A DNA stretch of 63,327 nt, the filler included, from Collodictyon triciliatum (Eukaryota), in NCBI GenBank assembly GCA_043381765.1. It is 5 parts of 5 records of this genome, joined end to end, with 100 filler letters (N's around TTAATTAATTAA, not from the genome) between each part and the next. Parts side by side here need not be neighbours in the genome. Positions count along the whole stretch, not along the records: positions 41,260 to 56,071 come from JBHJMP010001770.1; positions 56,172 to 63,327 come from JBHJMP010001771.1; 3 more parts are not named here. One strand, given 5' to 3'. Shown here one piece after another: positions 45,216 to 57,165 of this stretch. Numbering within the stretch: the first letter of the stretch is position 1; each line of letters starts with the position of its first letter. The position numbers and the translations under genes were made by a program. The notes under the pieces were generated by a model. The model searched no databases. It was not told the origin of the DNA and was given only the letters and a program-made list of their open reading frames with translations.

Positions 45216-48200
45216 ATGGAGACGCGCAATGGCTACAAAGTCTCCACAGCCGCTTCAAAACCGCAGGAAAAACTGCCGCAAACAACGCCGTCCGGTAAGT
45301 GTTTCAGTCGTAGCCTTTGCGACTCTGATCGCCCTCCCTTTTTTCCTCTCTGCTAGTCTTTGCCCTCATACTTTGACTCAATATCGCCGCCTTCATCCAC
45401 AACTGAACGAGCCTTTTCATTTCTGCACTTTTTTTTTTTTTTTTGCTCTGTCCCGTCTGCGTCCTACAAAAATAGTAAAAAAAATAAAATAAAATAAGGG
45501 AAGACATAATATTTTGTAATATGTCCGTAATCTCACCCAGATCAAAAGGCCGCTTCTGCGTCTACAAGCTCAGCCGCAGCCCCAGCGCGGTTAGTCAGCA
45601 CACCATCGTTTCGCCGCGAAGAAAGTGAGACATATTTTTCTTCCGCTTCTTCTATTTTCTTTTCTTGTCTCTTCCCATTCTTTATCGTTCTCTGTCAACT
45701 TATTGATTTTTATTTTATTTTTATTTATTCATCACCCAGCAACAGCACAACCGCAATACACACCCGCCCGCACTGTTGCTGGACTGGGCCAAACCACATT
45801 GCAAACCCCGGCATCAAAAGGCAGCTACTTCACAAAGGCCTCCACCCAGAGTCCTGCCGAGAATCTGATTCCCGAGGCATTCCAAGGCATTGTCTCCGGC
45901 ACCGGCGATTACTACGACCCACCACCCCGCGTTTACTACCCGGACCCAGCCTTGAATCAATTCTATGCGCAGCCGATCCCCCAAATGCAGCCGATGGGCC
46001 ACCACGTCGCCCAGCCGCAGATGGTTTACTATGCGCAGCCCGGCCCGCATGGCCAACTCATTTCAGTAGCGGGTGCACCGCGCTCTGTCCCGTCGCTCGG
46101 CCTATCCTTCACTGGTGCTTTGCCTGCTCCAGCCATCAATGCATCTGTTCCTCTGCCTACATCGCCACACAGTGCAAATATTCCTCCGCCAAGGTACGCA
46201 GTTCCCAATGACGTGCAGGCCAGTCCCCGTGTCTCTGCCCAGGCGAGTCCCCTAGTTTCTCAAGTGCAGCCCAGTCCCCGTGTTTCCACCCAGGGTGATG
46301 CTGCATTCCTGACCTCTTCTGGCTCGACCGCTGCATCTGGTCCGGTCGTTCGCACATCGTCATTCCGTACTTCATCTGGCGAAGTCATCTCCGTTGTTCC
46401 GCAAATTATTGGCACAAGTTCGGGTGTGACAAGTGCATCTGGCATTTCGTCCAGTTTGATGATGCCTGTGTCTGCAGCGCCAACAACATCTGCAGCATCC
46501 ACACCAACTGGGCCCACTGCAATGACGGCTCAAAGGTCGCAGACGCCGAGCTCCGGCCCAGTCATTCGCACATCGTCATTCCGCACAACTTCAGGCGAAG
46601 TCATATCCGTTGTTCCGCAAATTATTGGCACAAGTTCGGGTGTGACAAGTGCATCTGGTATTTCATCCAACTTGATGATGCCAGTCTCGTCAGGTGCTTT
46701 AAGTGGTCAGCCTATCATTCTCTCTCCGCAGGGTTCCACGGCACCTAATTCAATCCCAGCTCCACACACAACGACCATCCGCACAGCATCTGGTGAGATT
46801 ATCACGGTGCTCGCACAAGCCAGCAATCCAAATGCAAGCGTCCTGACATCTTCTGGAAGTGCATCGCCTGCACAGACACCAGCCACAACAAACGCTACCA
46901 GCGGCGAAAAGATGCAGCGCTCATCGTCATTCCGTGCCTCTGACCCGTCCATGATTCGTTCGTCTTCTCTTCGGACAAATCTTGGCGTTGCACAGGTTGC
47001 CGATTCACACGCACCTGCCACTTCATCGACGCCGACAGGAGTGAAGTCTGGGATTCCAGGCTCATGGATGACATCCAGTTTCAATCCTGGCTTGGTTGCA
47101 ACAGAAAATGGAGCACATATTCCTGAAGCGAAGGGCAGCGAGCTGGAGAGGCAATTGTCGTTCCGTTCCCAGGCGATTGCAGAGCAGTCACTTTTGGCTA
47201 AGGCTCAGGAGTTGACGGGTGATCGAAAGCCCAAGGGGGAAGTGGAAAGGCCCAGTGAGACTATCCTGCCTCTTGAAAACCAGTTTGTCAAGTTTGGACC
47301 TCTCTTATTCGAGACCGCAAGGAAAGTCGGCACATATGAGCCCCCAGAAGGTGATAATTTTCCTCATTCAAACTCATGAATGCCAATATAATCTGATAGA
47401 ATTATCCGTTGTAAAGCAGCTCTAGACAATAAAAAAAAAACATTTTTAATTTAAGTGGAACAATTAAGTAGTTTCTACTTTAGCCTCCCTTTCCCTCGCT
47501 TTCTTATCGCTTATATATTGTCATCAATAAATTTAATTCAAACATTATTTTAATGAACAGCGTCAATTCTTCTCTAACCCAACATTATTATCGCCACTCA
47601 GATAATTCTGCTCAAAATCGCACTGATGACTTGAGCCATACGAGAAGTCCTGCACCTCGGGGCGTTGTCAAGTTTGGATTTTGAGTCTTTACTTATTGAG
47701 AATATATAAATATATTGTAACCTAGCACCAAAATCGAATAGAGTATTACTGTGCCTGCCTCTTGTATTTTACATCGCATGTTGTTAGGTGCACTTATTTT
47801 TCAATGATTAATCATTTTCTTAGCGTATCGTCAAGCTACACCCCCTCAGAACCAGAAAGACCTATCGTGTCGGGTATTACACCTTTTCTTTCCTTCACAT
47901 TCTTTATTCTTTGAAAAAAAATAGGAGGGTCTTCTCTTAATTGATTATCACTCGATATTTGTCCTTGACTCGAACCAAACAATCCTACCAAATAAGTGCC
48001 TGGGTTTCTAGTCTTGAAGTTTCACGCTAATCTTTTGGTAGCTACCGATTTCTCAGGCTTGGCTATTTATTTTTTTTCTTCTCGAAAAGCAGCACGTTCA
48101 TACGGCGCAGGCTCAACAAAACACTCTCTTCTGTCTGACACAAATGTTGAAATTGCAGAGTCTGCAGCTGAAATAATTGCAATCAGGTTTTGTGATAGCT

Positions 48201-49955
48201 CTCATTGGCAGCTCAATATGTACTCATCGATATCTACGCTGAGATTTCACGATATCTTATTTCTCTGCCTCCATATGCTTTTCAAATATTCCAAATCAAA
48301 CAGCATTGAAAAGGGTGGGCAAAGCCTCAGCCTTCGTTTCAAGGGATTATTAACCATTCCTGTGGAAGTCTTCAGCATGCGACATCTGCAAGTTCTGAAT
48401 CTGTCCAAAAATGAGGTTTTATTTTATAGATTTATTTTTAAAAATTATAATCAAGGGTATTAATTCAATAAAAGTTGTTTTTATTTGTTTAAATGAAAAG
48501 TAAAATAATTGCGAAAAAATTATTCCTGAATCTGCTTTTTTTTTCTCGATAATTTTTAAATTAAATTATCTTATGATTAAATGAAACCCTGCATCATTGC
48601 AAACAAGCTTGAAGAGCTACCAGCATCAATCAATGCCCTTCAACGCTTGATTGCACTCGACATCAGCTCCAACCGCATCTCATTCCTCCCGGCTACTATC
48701 GGCGACCTGATTTATCTTCAAGAGCTGGCCATGGCTGATAACTCCATCTCTACCGTCCCTCCAGAGTTTGTGAGGCTGCAGGTGTGTAACATAAGATGAT
48801 TGCAGCATAGATTGTGTGCATGTCCATCTCGTTGAAAGCATAAACCATCATTTCGATTTATAATACTATATTTGTTTTTTGTTTTTGTTTTTTTTTTTAA
48901 AAAAAAAAGTAACTTAGTTACATGCATCATCATATTATCCATATTTATGCATCTCGTGTTGAAACAGAGACTTTGCGTTCTGGTTGCGGCGAGCAACAAG
49001 TTCTGCGATATCCCTGTAGAATTCTACCAATTACGCTCGCTTGTGAAACTGGATTTGAATGGCAATGACATCCGACTGGTTTCTGAGAGCATCCAAAATC
49101 TGGCCAATTTAACAGAGTTGAACCTGAGCGGAAATCAGCTGACTTTGGTGCCGAACGAGCTCTGCAATCTCCCCGCCATTCGCGAGCTCAATCTCTCCGT
49201 CAACTCCCTCAGTTACATTCCCAACGACATTGGGCGATGCACAAACTTGGAGGTTACAACTCACATTTTCTGTTTTCATGATTTTCTATTTTCTATTTTC
49301 TATTTTCTATTTTCTATTTTCTATTTTCTATTTTCTATTTTCTATTTTCTATTTTCTATTTTCATGATTTGCTTTTATGATCGAATTTTAGTCTCTCATC
49401 CTGAGCGTCAATCTGTGCCAATACATCCCACCATCGGTCGGCAATCTTGTGAATCTCGGGGAGTTACGTATCGAAAGCAACCGTCTTGTGGAGCTGCCCC
49501 GAGAACTCGCAAATCTCACAAACCTCCGCAAGCTCACTTGCAGCGGAAATCCAATTCAGGTATGTCTTTAACCCCTCTTTCTTTTTCTTTTTCTTTTTCT
49601 TTTTCTTTTTCTTTTTCTTTTTCTTTTTCTTTTTCTTTTTCTTTTTCTTTTTCTTTTTCTTTTTCTTTTTCTTTTTCTTTTTCTTTAAGAAGTTAATTCT
49701 TTTGAACGTGCGTCATTCACAACAGCAAACCGTCTCTCCTTTCCATACCTCCCCTTGAAAAGAATTAGAATGAAATTACTAATTATATTTTTAAAAAAAA
49801 ATTAAACAAATAATCGCATCGACAATATCACTTTTTGCGAACCCCCATTTCGAATTCTAAATTGTTTGTCATACACGCCACATCAGAACCCGCCTCAGGA
49901 AATCTGCCGTAAAGGAAGAGCAGCCATCCTCAAATATCTGCACGACTTTAACTAA
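45216..49955 (+). CDS. Multi-exon protein with a long disordered S/T/P/A-rich N-terminus and C-terminal 23-residue LRRs (SHOC2/RSU1-like repeats)
   Basis: A large exon at about 45740-47350 is followed by LRR exons (LEELPASINALQRLIALDISSNRISFLPATIGDL, LTELNLSGNQLTLVPNELCNL) and the LRR cap NPPQEICRKGRAAILKYLHDFN*. Joining of the middle exons is approximate. Confidence 0.7.
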
Positions 49956-50279
49956 AAAGCCACCACCACCACCACCATCAACAACAACAACGGAGACAGA
50001 TGCTGTGTTGGGGCGGTTGTCGACGCCCATTTGGTTTTCTTTTGCTTCAACAAAGTCACCCGCTACTTTCCACATTCCCATTATGAAAATATATGGAGTG
50101 CAACACCATTTCTTTTTCTGTTTTCTTTCCTCTTCCTCTTTTTCCTTAACTTTCCTTTCCATTCCCCACTTTATTTTTTTTTTTATCGAACGACTGCACT
50201 GCAAAGCTCGAATGAAACAAACGACGCCTTCCAGATATCGAAGACCCAAATCATCTGTCTCGCTTAAACAAAATGCACA

Positions 50280-50440
50280 CATACATACATACATACATAC
50301 ATACATACATACATACATACATACATACATACATACATACATACATACATACATACATACATACATACATACATGCATACATACATGCATACATGCATAC
50401 ATACAGAAATACATACATACAGACACACACACACACACAC
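50280..50440. repeat. (TACA)n + (CA)n microsatellite
   Basis: Read directly. Confidence 0.95.
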
Positions 50441-50805
50441 AAAAAAAAAAAAGGCTTCACAATCACATATTATCCATCCTTCTGAACTCATCACCACCCC
50501 AAGAACATGCATTTATCTATAATTTACATTTTCATTCACGCCTGCGTTTCTACATCTCCGCGAAAACAATACTAATCACGTCATCGTCATCATCATCACT
50601 ACTACTAATAATTATAATAAGTACATAATAAAAAAAAAAGCAGCAATAACCACCCGAGAACAGAACAGAACAGAACAGAGCAATACAAACATCAACCAGA
50701 CAAAAGGCAAGACAAACATCATACATCAACCACCAAACACTTAAAAGAAACCATCAAAAATTAAAATCAAACTCTAAACACCACGCGACAGTTTAATTGC
50801 CCAAA

Positions 50806-53800
50806 TCACCTATAGGTGCGCCCCTTCTTGCAGACAATAAAGTCCTCCAGGTCTGCATAGTTGTCCCACCCGTCCTCCTCCTCCAAAGCCTGGTCGATGT
50901 ACGGATTGCGGCTCCGCAGGCGTGCCTTCCTGCGCCCCTTCGGCCTCGCCTGTCCTTGCCTCCGCCCTTGCCTGTCCTCCGCCTGTGCGCCCGCCTCGTC
51001 GCCTACCGCACCCGCAGCCAACTCTGCATTCTCTGCCAAGCGACTCTGCTGCCGATTCCTGCGCGCACTATCCCTCTGCGACGCGCCGCTCACGCTGCTT
51101 TGCTGGGCGCTGACGAGTGACTCGATGAACGGTGTGGCGCAGAGTCTGCCGCTCAGCAGCATTTGCTGCACGAGGATGTGAGTCTGGACCCACTTTGCCC
51201 GCAGCCTGGGGAGATCAGTCAGCGAGAAGGCTGACTCCGGATGGTCGATGTGCTCCACAAACGCCGACAGGAAACCCAGCGAGTTGTGCAGATAGCTCGT
51301 CTGCGCGTCGCTCAGGGTTTCAAGCCGAGCCCAGCGTGCAATTGCAGTGCAGAGCGCAATGCTGAAGCGCGCAAGAGCAGAGTCCACGGGCGCAACTTGA
51401 GTCCTGTATTCTCGCAGCAACCGGCACAGATGATGGAAGATCTTGTCGTCCAGAGCCGGACCAGTGGCCGTGTCGCTGTCCTGCGCAGGAGCGGCTCTGG
51501 CTGACAACAGACTCCTTTCATGATTTATCAGACACTTCCATGCACTCAAAAAGCCACGAGGAAGGCTGCCTGGTGCTTTGCTGCTGCTGCTGCCGCCACC
51601 GCCTTCTTCTCGGATTTGTTCTTCTTGCTCCACTGCTCTATTCCCGGGTGCCGGGGCGACGGGTTCGGATGCGTACCTCCACAGTTTCGAGCGGAACTCT
51701 TCCAGTCCGTCTCTTGGGAGATGCTGGAGAAGGATGCTGTAGACCTGCGACAAAACAATTCTGTGGTAGACTTCGTAATCCATCGCAACGGTGCTGAAGA
51801 CAGCCAGGTTCCTTCGCTGCGGCGATTCTCTGGGAATCCGCCGAAACCACTCCTCCAGCCGGGCAAGTGTTGAAATCAGGGCAGGCGAGGAAATCCCTTG
51901 CTGTATCCAGCCGGAAACATAGTGGCAAATCCTTCCAAGGCGCTCCTCGTTCTCTTGGGTCAACACTGTCGTGGCTGCAGCCAGGCTGTTCAACGGCACT
52001 GCTTCCATAAAGGATGCAGGTAGCTTGTCCAGTGGAAAGGGGGTTTCCACGGGCAGTGTGTGATGAATCGGGAGTTGATTCGGGACTTTCTGGTGCAGAA
52101 ATGCGTGGTTTATCAACTTAATCAGCAGGAAACGCACGTAGTAAACACGGCGGTCTGCTGACCAGTCTTTGGCCTTGATGAGTTGGCATACTAAATCAGA
52201 CAGTTCTCGAGTATAGATGCGTAATCCGTCCTTGGCTTCCTGCCTGAAATGCTCAATGCCCCACTCCTTTGTAAGCTCAAGAAAGCTCCATGTCAAATCA
52301 TTGAGTTTGTCGATGCGATTACTAGGGTGCGTTGATCCATTCATAGCTCCTTTTTCATCAGACTCTGCGGTCGAATCTGAGCAATAACACGACATGAACT
52401 CCAGTCCCAATTGAGTGAGAAGAACCATTTCATAGGCGGCTTTTTTACGAGACGATTCAGAAACACATTCATTCACTTTCTTGTTTATTTCAAGCACTTG
52501 CCCGAGTATGTAGCTGCCGCATTCCCACGCTCTGTTTGGGCACAACCCAAATATCAGCGTCAATGGAGACCTCTTCATTCCCTTCTCAAAAATTATCTCT
52601 GCATCATACAGAATAGCAGTGTTCCAAACAATATTCTTGAGAGAACTTTGGAGAATCTGGTCGGATGGAAATAGCACAATTTTGTTGGAAAGGTATGATA
52701 TGAGCCCACTATTTACTCCGCACCAGAAGGCTATCACATTTTTGTTCAATAAATGGTGGCCAATTGCCTGCGAGGATGCAGTGGGTAATGTTTGATTGGG
52801 TTTCGCTCTAGGTGGAGTTGATGTGTTGCCTTTATCATGCGCTTTGTTTTGCTCAATGGCTCCTCCAGTTTGTGTGCTACCGAGTGAGTTGGATTGCTGA
52901 ACGGCATGATTATCAAAGATGGATAGCCATATAAGATAATCGAGAGACGATACTTGATTTTGAAACGTTTCACAAACAGTCATCAAGTCCTGGAGCGTTG
53001 TTTGTGTTTCAATGATGTCTGGATGAGGCTTCGCCAGGTCACAGAGAAGCAGTAAACAATGCAAGAGCTCAGGAAGACTCTCTCTGGCCACTGCTCTGCG
53101 TTCGTCACAACTTTCTAGGCACACATTTGGATTCAATTTGTATGCAGCGCTCGGTTCCGTTCCAGTGGGGCTGTTTGTGGTATCCATGTACGGCCGAATG
53201 CACGATAAGAATAACTCCCCTGTTTGATTGCACAAAATCTCGAGTATAAGCCCTCTTTTGCTTAAATCTAAAATATTGATCTGAATCCATCGTAAATATT
53301 CCAGCAGCGAAGAGAAGAGCTGATGTCGCAATCGGACGGAAAAAGAAGGAAAGGGGATTCTAATCATCGCTAGCACGTCGATCAAGTCACTTTCAGTAGA
53401 CAAGCGGCTGGTGTGGATAGACCGGATGAGGCCTTTAAGAGCTATGCTATGTACTTGCTCGACGGACTTCTGAGGAATGTTTGGGCGATAATGAAGGAGT
53501 TTTCTCAAAAGCATGACAAAGGTATGCCGAAATCTGTCATCATTCATCGACAAACCCAGACAAATGTCCAGAATCTTGCATGATACAGTTGAAGTGTAAT
53601 GCGTCATATAGCTTGCCCAGTCGAGGATTTTTGCGTGGAAGTCAACCATAGTACGTGGAACGGATTGGCAAATATGGCCAAGTATGTCGCAGGCGAAGCC
53701 TTGAGCGAAAGCGCTCGGGTCACTGGAAATCATTTGCAGCAAATAGTCAATAAACTCGGCCCTGCAAGACGGCTTCTGAAGAAACATTTCAATAAATAGA

Positions 53801-55794
53801 CGAAAGATATATTTGTAAATGTCTGTGTTGGGCTGCTTCGTTCTTAAGGATGTTTCAAAGACGTAGCTTAGAAATTCAAATATGACGGACGAGCGGGACT
53901 CCATCTCGGGCATTTGAATCACCTCGTACAGCGGTTTTATTTGCCATGTAAGCTCGTTTGCTGAGGAATACGCTTGTTGGTTGGATTGATATAGTATGGT
54001 CGCGGCTGTTTCAAACATTTTGTCTTTAATTGTAATGTTCCGCGCCAATGAAAATATGCATAGATAGTCGCACCATGTGAGATGGACACGCTCTTGCTTT
54101 TTCATTATTCCACTGAGGTCTGTTTCTAAAAAACTGGGGACGTTCTCTTGATTGTATAGCTTTTCAAGATTTGTGTCAGCGATTGAATTTTCTTCGGATA
54201 TGGGGACAGAGCCTTCAAGAGTTGCCACGGGTGCGCTTTTATGAAACCTATGTTTCGATGACTTTTCGTGTCTTTTAGGTACTGAAGAACTCCGTGAAGA
54301 AATCAATTCGTTGGCAGCAGGTAAATCTTCGCATCGATGGTCAATAGATGCAGACTCTTCACGATGCTCCTCTCTTCTCCTTCTTTGTGTTTTTCTGTCT
54401 GAATACAAAGCAGACTCTGTGTCGTTTGCGTCTGTGACAGCAGTCTCATCAACATTAAAGAAAGGTGCAGTAGTTTTTGGTTGGAGTGATATGTTTAGTG
54501 GGTCGCATTCACTCATGCTTGTGCCTGTCTGTGCTTCTTTTGAGGTGTCGGTAAAGCTCTTGTAGAGTTCTAAAAAGACCTGACTTACTTTCGGTGACTG
54601 CTGAATCGTCATTTCGAGCAAGAGAGCGGCAGACTCGAGGTTTTTGTGAGAACAGTTCCGAAGAACTTGGTGAATCATCTGCAAGATACATTCTGAATTC
54701 AGCTTGCCAATCAGCTTAATCAAGCACCTTAGCAAAGTAACGTGGTCAACAGATTCGCTGGTGATATTTTCCGTCACCCACTTTTTCACCTGCATTGTGA
54801 ATATGTCCCTGTGGAACTTGGAAGTTATTATCTGTGGCACAATATCAGCTAATTCAAGTAGAAGACCAAAATCCCAAGGTATAGAGGCGAAGAAAGCAAG
54901 CAGGCCAGCATCCATGTCGTGAAGTATTCTGTCGCCTCGTGGAAGAGAAGAAAAAACATTGCGGATGTGAATCGATTTCACGAGAGACCAAAGGTTTGGG
55001 AGCAGATCCAGTAGGGAAATACACATTTGCCAGTCCCAATCGAAGCTCCACCCAGGGTCGGTTCCAAGATACCCACACAAACCAACAGTTTTGTCCTGTT
55101 CAGTAAATAGTTGATTTATTCTTTGCGCATTGTCCATCACATGAAACGGAGAGAGCAAGTGAAGAACAAGGTGTGCCCACGTGGAGAGGGCAGGGCATGA
55201 TATTTCGACAACCAACACACTTAATAGATTAAGTATGAAAGGCTGCTCGGTTAGTGTTTGGCGCGGTAGTATCTTTTTCCTTCGATTGCATCCAACTTCC
55301 TGAGTGCAGGACACTGTCAGTTGCTGAATCCCGCGCTGGAGTTGAGTCAGTTGTGCAAAGGAGGCAAGCGATGCGAACCGTGATAATCTAGATTGGTTAT
55401 GGGCGGTGGCCGAAGTTGTCTGGAGCGTATTGAGTGCCTTCAGCAATGCTATTCTGCAAGTGTTTGGACTCTGGACAAGGCTCTGGAAAAGTTGTATGAC
55501 TTTGGAGGAGGTGCAAAGCAGATCTGAAGCGCTGTTTGGCGAGCGTTCGAAGAGGGTGGCGAATAAGTCGGTTGTGCTTGTATCGAAAGTGCTTTTGGGA
55601 TCGTCGTGTTGTTCGCTTTCGTTGCGATCGGAGGTCGAGTCGTGATCGGTGTTGTGGCTGGAAGTTTCCGAGTGGTGGACACTGTGGTGGAGGAACGAGC
55701 TTGATCTGCTTGTGGCTGGGCTGCCGAAGAAGAGGGAGTCGTGTGTGTCCCCGTTTTGCGAGATTTGCAGCGTGCGCTTTGGTCGGTTCATCAT
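50806..55794 (-). CDS. Intronless 1662-aa FANCI-like helical solenoid protein (divergent)
   Basis: The central segment CRAEFIDYLL...ILDWASYM...FRHTFVMLLRKLL...IALKGLI...LRHQLFSSL...ESLPELLHCLL recalls, from memory, the FANCI region around its LRK ubiquitination lysine. Not confirmed by search. Confidence 0.65.
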   Translation of the reverse strand: MMNRPKRTLQISQNGDTHDSLFFGSPATSRSSSFLHHSVHHSETSSHNTDHDSTSDRNESEQHDDPKSTFDTSTTDLFATLFERSPNSASDLLCTSSKVIQLFQSLVQSPNTCRIALLKALNTLQTTSATAHNQSRLSRFASLASFAQLTQLQRGIQQLTVSCTQEVGCNRRKKILPRQTLTEQPFILNLLSVLVVEISCPALSTWAHLVLHLLSPFHVMDNAQRINQLFTEQDKTVGLCGYLGTDPGWSFDWDWQMCISLLDLLPNLWSLVKSIHIRNVFSSLPRGDRILHDMDAGLLAFFASIPWDFGLLLELADIVPQIITSKFHRDIFTMQVKKWVTENITSESVDHVTLLRCLIKLIGKLNSECILQMIHQVLRNCSHKNLESAALLLEMTIQQSPKVSQVFLELYKSFTDTSKEAQTGTSMSECDPLNISLQPKTTAPFFNVDETAVTDANDTESALYSDRKTQRRRREEHREESASIDHRCEDLPAANELISSRSSSVPKRHEKSSKHRFHKSAPVATLEGSVPISEENSIADTNLEKLYNQENVPSFLETDLSGIMKKQERVHLTWCDYLCIFSLARNITIKDKMFETAATILYQSNQQAYSSANELTWQIKPLYEVIQMPEMESRSSVIFEFLSYVFETSLRTKQPNTDIYKYIFRLFIEMFLQKPSCRAEFIDYLLQMISSDPSAFAQGFACDILGHICQSVPRTMVDFHAKILDWASYMTHYTSTVSCKILDICLGLSMNDDRFRHTFVMLLRKLLHYRPNIPQKSVEQVHSIALKGLIRSIHTSRLSTESDLIDVLAMIRIPFPSFSVRLRHQLFSSLLEYLRWIQINILDLSKRGLILEILCNQTGELFLSCIRPYMDTTNSPTGTEPSAAYKLNPNVCLESCDERRAVARESLPELLHCLLLLCDLAKPHPDIIETQTTLQDLMTVCETFQNQVSSLDYLIWLSIFDNHAVQQSNSLGSTQTGGAIEQNKAHDKGNTSTPPRAKPNQTLPTASSQAIGHHLLNKNVIAFWCGVNSGLISYLSNKIVLFPSDQILQSSLKNIVWNTAILYDAEIIFEKGMKRSPLTLIFGLCPNRAWECGSYILGQVLEINKKVNECVSESSRKKAAYEMVLLTQLGLEFMSCYCSDSTAESDEKGAMNGSTHPSNRIDKLNDLTWSFLELTKEWGIEHFRQEAKDGLRIYTRELSDLVCQLIKAKDWSADRRVYYVRFLLIKLINHAFLHQKVPNQLPIHHTLPVETPFPLDKLPASFMEAVPLNSLAAATTVLTQENEERLGRICHYVSGWIQQGISSPALISTLARLEEWFRRIPRESPQRRNLAVFSTVAMDYEVYHRIVLSQVYSILLQHLPRDGLEEFRSKLWRYASEPVAPAPGNRAVEQEEQIREEGGGGSSSSKAPGSLPRGFLSAWKCLINHERSLLSARAAPAQDSDTATGPALDDKIFHHLCRLLREYRTQVAPVDSALARFSIALCTAIARWARLETLSDAQTSYLHNSLGFLSAFVEHIDHPESAFSLTDLPRLRAKWVQTHILVQQMLLSGRLCATPFIESLVSAQQSSVSGASQRDSARRNRQQSRLAENAELAAGAVGDEAGAQAEDRQGRRQGQARPKGRRKARLRSRNPYIDQALEEEDGWDNYADLEDFIVCKKGRTYR

Positions 55795-56071
55795 GCAACG
55801 CTCTATTTTATGTGTTTAAAGTCTTTGATAAAAGTCTTTGTTTTTTTGTTTGTTTTTTGTAAGTTTTATTATTTTACTGTTTTATTGTTTTATTGTTTTA
55901 TTATTTTATTATTTTATTATTTTATTATTTTATTGTTTTATTGTTTTATTGTTTTATTGTTTTATTGTTTTATTGTTTTATTGTTTTATTGTTTTATTGT
56001 TTTATTGTTTTATTGTTTTATTGTTTTATTGTTTTATTGTTTTATTGTTTTATTGTTTTATTGTTTTATTG

Positions 56072-56171
56072 NNNNNNNNNNNNNNNNNNNNNNNNNNNNN
56101 NNNNNNNNNNNNNNNTTAATTAATTAANNNNNNNNNNNNNNNNNNNNNNNNNNNNNNNNNNNNNNNNNNNN
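56072..56171. other. Artificial contig-joining linker
   Basis: N44-TTAATTAATTAA-N44. Confidence 0.97.
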
Positions 56172-56900
56172 TAAAATAAAATAAAATAAAATAAAATAAA
56201 AGAAAAGAAAAGAAAAGAAAAGAAAAGAAAAGAAAAGAAAAGAAAAGAAAAGAAAAGAAAAGAAAAGAAAAGAAAAGAAAAGAAAAGAAAAGAAAAGAAA
56301 AGAAAAGAAAAGGAAAGAAAAGAAAACAGAGGCGGCTCACCAGAGATCCTCAAATGGCGGCCGAATGAGGCACACAAGCTCTGCAGCATGGCACAATGCT
56401 TCTAAGACGCAGTTCATAGCGTTAGGACTGAACAATAATCAACGTTCGATTATCGCACTTGGGTTTCTTTCTCCTTTTCTTTTTGTTTCTTAGTTGGGCT
56501 GAATCATCCGATGGATGATGGCGAGGAGATTAATCTTGTCGTGTGGGTGATATTCCTTCCTATATTGGATTTGATTGAAATAGTTCGATTGAAATTATTT
56601 GTGGAATATATTTTACAAAGGAATTGTTTCAAAGTATCATTCGATTATTTCCTAAAAATTATATAATTTTAATATATAATATGCTCAATATATATTAAGT
56701 TCCACAATGCAGTTCCATTTGCCACTTGTAGGGTGATGCAGGTACGGTTCATTTGCGTTGTAGGCCATCACCAGATTCAATCCTCAAAATAATATGTTTA
56801 ACTTCATGAGAGAGCAGGGATGAGTGAATGGAAGGGATTGTGTCAAGTTTTAAAGCACATCAGCTGACGTACAGTCCACTAGAATAGATATACAATTATT

Positions 56901-56961
56901 AACAATCATATAATTACCTTTGAATCGAATAAAGGAAAAAAAAAAAAAACAATCATATAAT
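56901..56961 (+). mobile_element. 5'-truncated poly(A) retroposon insertion with a 14-bp target-site duplication
   Basis: AACAATCATATAAT at 56901-56914 and 56948-56961 flanks TACCTTTGAATCGAATAAAGG(A)12. It has the same 3' end as the insert in the Fanzor. Confidence 0.8.
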
Positions 56962-57058
56962 ACCGTCGCTAGAGAGACTCGACACCAGAGATTGTCCTGA
57001 CGAGCAAGTAAGCCAATTGAGTTGTTTTAGGGACATCAAATGTTGGAATGATACTGGA

Positions 57059-57165
57059 TATAATGCGCGATATTTTTTTTAATTCTTCCATTCAACTTTG
57101 TGCAGGACCGTGGGGATGTTTTGGCTTTGGTTCGCTAGCCATCGTTTGTATAATGCGCGATATTT
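57059..57165 (-). mobile_element. Short retroposed insertion with a 17-bp target-site duplication
   Basis: TATAATGCGCGATATTT at 57059-57075 and 57149-57165 flanks a 73-bp insert with an 8-nt A tail on the minus strand. Confidence 0.6.
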
